Assembly (NCBI GenBank): GCA_019418235.1
Contig: DYCH01000077.1
Location: forward strand, 46,099-105,616
Source of the DNA: Sutterella sp.
GTDB taxonomy: Bacteria > Pseudomonadota > Gammaproteobacteria > Burkholderiales > Burkholderiaceae_F
DNA length: 59,518 nucleotides
Reading direction: 5' to 3'
The position numbers were made by a program, and so were the translations under genes. This document shows, piece after piece, positions 57,428 to 59,518 of the stretch; position 1 is the first letter of the stretch; each line of letters starts with the position of its first letter. A model generated the notes under the pieces. That model was not told the DNA's origin. It saw nothing but the letters and a program-made list of their open reading frames with translations, and did no database searches.

Positions 57428-58930
57428 TTAGTCCTTCTTCTTACGGTTAGCAAAGAAATTCGCCTTTTGGATATCTTCCGTACGAATCGTAAAGACCTCA
57501 TTCGTCAATTTTTCAGTCAGAGCCTCTGCATCCTTAATGACCTTCAGGTTGTAGTCATTTAAGAGTTTATTAGCGGCCTTAGGATTTTTCTTGACGACCT
57601 TCATGTACTCTTGTTCCATGGTCACTTGGCTCTTTGCCGTTTCGTCTTCAAAGTTCTTATAAGCAACCTTCACAATCGGAGCCAACTTTTGATAGTCCGT
57701 CATCACAAGCGTTTGAAGCTTGCGATACTTCCAGTAAATGGATTCGCTATCGGCCTTATCCGTACCCATTCCATAGTTTGCGGGGAAGGCCTTCAATCCG
57801 TGATAGTAGGGAACGTAGAGCGAGAGATCTGCCATACCAATACCGACATAGGTCACTGAACCAATTGCCATCGGCATCCAAGGACGAACTTGCATCACAT
57901 GCGATTCGTACGTGCGGAATACGCTAATCGGACGCCAGGGTTCGTTACCATTGAGTTCGGGCGAATATGGATCGTGGTCGGTACCATCGTAGTGGTTACG
58001 CAACACCGTCTTCATATCAGCAACAGTGAGTTTCTTTTCCGGCGTGAGATAAACTGGGAATTGACGGCCATCCGTTACCTTTTGCTTCAAACTCGGGTTA
58101 AACATCTTTTGGATTTGCCAAACACGCGGATCGTTATAGTCGCGGTCACGATAGTCATCGCGGTGATATGCCTTGGCAAAATTAAATTCGCCATCCTTCT
58201 TCGGGTCGTAAAAACCGTTCTTGGTTGCGAACTCAATCAAGGTCTTTGACCCCATAAAGTTAGGATCATTGAGTTTGTATTCTTGGAAACGACCTTGGTT
58301 GCCAGAGGCGAAATACTTGTCTTTGGGAGTGCGATGAGCCATCCATTGGTGACCCGTCCCCGTTTCAAAGTACCAAATTTCCTTTTGGTCGACGAACACA
58401 ACGCCAAAACCTTCACCGGCACCAATCGTTTCAACAATTGAACCCAAGGTAGCAATGGCTTCTCGAGCCGTCTTGGAGCGAGACAAAAGAACATCAGGAA
58501 TATCATCTTCCGTAATGCCCGTTTCTTCGTTATAGGGGTCGATCTTCAAAGCATCATCACGAGCATAAATCGACTCCGTTCCTGAGATACCTACACCAAG
58601 TTCATTAAAACCCGTTGCTCCATGCAACTGCGTTTTCCAATTAGGAACCGTTGTATAGCGCAAAGAATTTTTCGGCAACGGATACTCGAAATTTGTGGCA
58701 CCGTCGTAATCCTTCGTGCGATACATTCCTTTTTGATTCTTCTTTGCCGGATGAACAACAAAGTGTTGTGCTTTTAATGCACTGCTGTCAGCAGCGCGAG
58801 CAATCAAGAAGGAACCGTCAGCCGTAGCACCTTCGCCAACAACAACCGTTGTGCAAGCCAAAGCCGAAGCAGACAATGCGGTCGATACTGCAGCTGCTAA
58901 GACGAGTTTTTTGAAAAACATGAGTCGCAT
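57428..58930 (-). CDS. C69-family dipeptidase (Ntn hydrolase), exported
   Basis: Signal peptide ending ALA then nucleophile CTTVVVG; GFNELGV, YNDPRVW, LRNHY and RPIS motifs. Confidence 0.88.
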   Translation of the reverse strand: MRLMFFKKLVLAAAVSTALSASALACTTVVVGEGATADGSFLIARAADSSALKAQHFVVHPAKKNQKGMYRTKDYDGATNFEYPLPKNSLRYTTVPNWKTQLHGATGFNELGVGISGTESIYARDDALKIDPYNEETGITEDDIPDVLLSRSKTAREAIATLGSIVETIGAGEGFGVVFVDQKEIWYFETGTGHQWMAHRTPKDKYFASGNQGRFQEYKLNDPNFMGSKTLIEFATKNGFYDPKKDGEFNFAKAYHRDDYRDRDYNDPRVWQIQKMFNPSLKQKVTDGRQFPVYLTPEKKLTVADMKTVLRNHYDGTDHDPYSPELNGNEPWRPISVFRTYESHVMQVRPWMPMAIGSVTYVGIGMADLSLYVPYYHGLKAFPANYGMGTDKADSESIYWKYRKLQTLVMTDYQKLAPIVKVAYKNFEDETAKSQVTMEQEYMKVVKKNPKAANKLLNDYNLKVIKDAEALTEKLTNEVFTIRTEDIQKANFFANRKKKD

Positions 58931-58996
58931 CTCCTAAAAGAGAAGCCTTAAGAGAGGGAGGTGAGTCGCATTTGCCTGTGTACGAAAACACAAAAC

Positions 58997-59029
58997 AAAA
59001 ATGAAAACCGCAGTACTGATAGCGGTTTT
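58997..59029 (-). terminator. terminator-like hairpin upstream of the dipeptidase
   Basis: AAAACCGC-N10-GCGGTTTT then CATTTTTGTTTT on the minus strand. Confidence 0.55.
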
Positions 59030-59092
59030 GCGGCGGATCTCGAAGACTTAAAGCGAAAAAATGAATATAGGTGGAATTAGCTTCCGGCTTTC

Positions 59093-59121
59093 AAGATATG
59101 CTACTTTCATCACAATGTCAA
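59093..59121 (-). promoter_or_regulatory. putative sigma70 promoter (TTGACA-N17-TATCTT)
   Basis: Perfect -35, 17-bp spacer, 4/6 -10. Confidence 0.6.
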
Positions 59122-59194
59122 CGATATATTGCGTTTTTACACTAAGCAAAATCCCTTATATCAAAAACCTTGCTTTATTAATTTAATATCAAAA

Positions 59195-59446
59195 TCAATC
59201 TTCGATTAACTCGTGCTGGCTGAGCTTTTTGCCAGCCTTTAAATCCGCAAGAACACATTTCAGATGCTCAATATTGCCTTTACCATAGAAAGGCTCAGAC
59301 AACGGTTCAAAAGGTAAGTCATTGCGGTGAATCATTTCCCCAATAAAAAGCTGAACTGCCATTTCCAAATCCATTCCTCGTGTTCCTGCTATTGACTGTG
59401 CCTTCGCGAAAATCTCATCATCCAATTGAATTTCGATGATTGCCAT
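59195..59446 (-). CDS. RelB/DinJ-family antitoxin with no adjacent downstream toxin
   Basis: IEIQLDD...GMDLEMAVQLF...LPFE ribbon-helix-helix pattern and C-terminal PFY...N..HL...HELIED. Confidence 0.75.
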   Translation of the reverse strand: MAIIEIQLDDEIFAKAQSIAGTRGMDLEMAVQLFIGEMIHRNDLPFEPLSEPFYGKGNIEHLKCVLADLKAGKKLSQHELIED

Positions 59447-59518
59447 TGTCTTCTCCACGATTATTTAATCATTAACGGTTCAATCGGTTGCTCATTGACA
59501 CTATCCAACGGCATCACC

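Overview
Chromosomal window from an anaerobic gut betaproteobacterium. A Sutterellaceae-like origin is inferred from the tmRNA tag, the gyrA-serC-cmk-rpsA-ihfB block, the short OmpA and the LysR/AssT paralogs. In order it contains: the 3' part of tmRNA; an M15 peptidase; two inverted LysR-associated assT-dsbL-dsbI operons sharing a ~626-bp identical tract; a heme uptake and anaerobic heme degradation operon preceded by Fur boxes (ChuW/HutW, TonB-dependent receptor, ECF transporter, HutX, HmuF-like flavodoxin, ExbB-ExbD-TonB) that runs into a YadGH-like ABC pair; an AspT/YidE transporter; metNIQ; a low-GC MarR-GNAT cassette; proBA; two ATPase-nuclease genes, each preceded by phased direct repeats; an M20 amidohydrolase/transporter pair; core genes; MtaD-like deaminase, ompA, gph, hemG and fadD; an amino-acid scavenging cluster (four NSS transporters, a TrpXYZ-like ABC system, a C69 dipeptidase); and a solo RelB/DinJ antitoxin. 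The best candidate for an undescribed system is a methionine-codon leader peptide (ending MEMRMCHMMMVL*) with competing terminator/antiterminator helices upstream of metNIQ, i.e. a ribosome-mediated Met attenuator. Next are the ECF-coupled heme operon and two promoter-to-terminator sRNA candidates. All calls come from reading the sequence by eye; no database searches or folding calculations were run.
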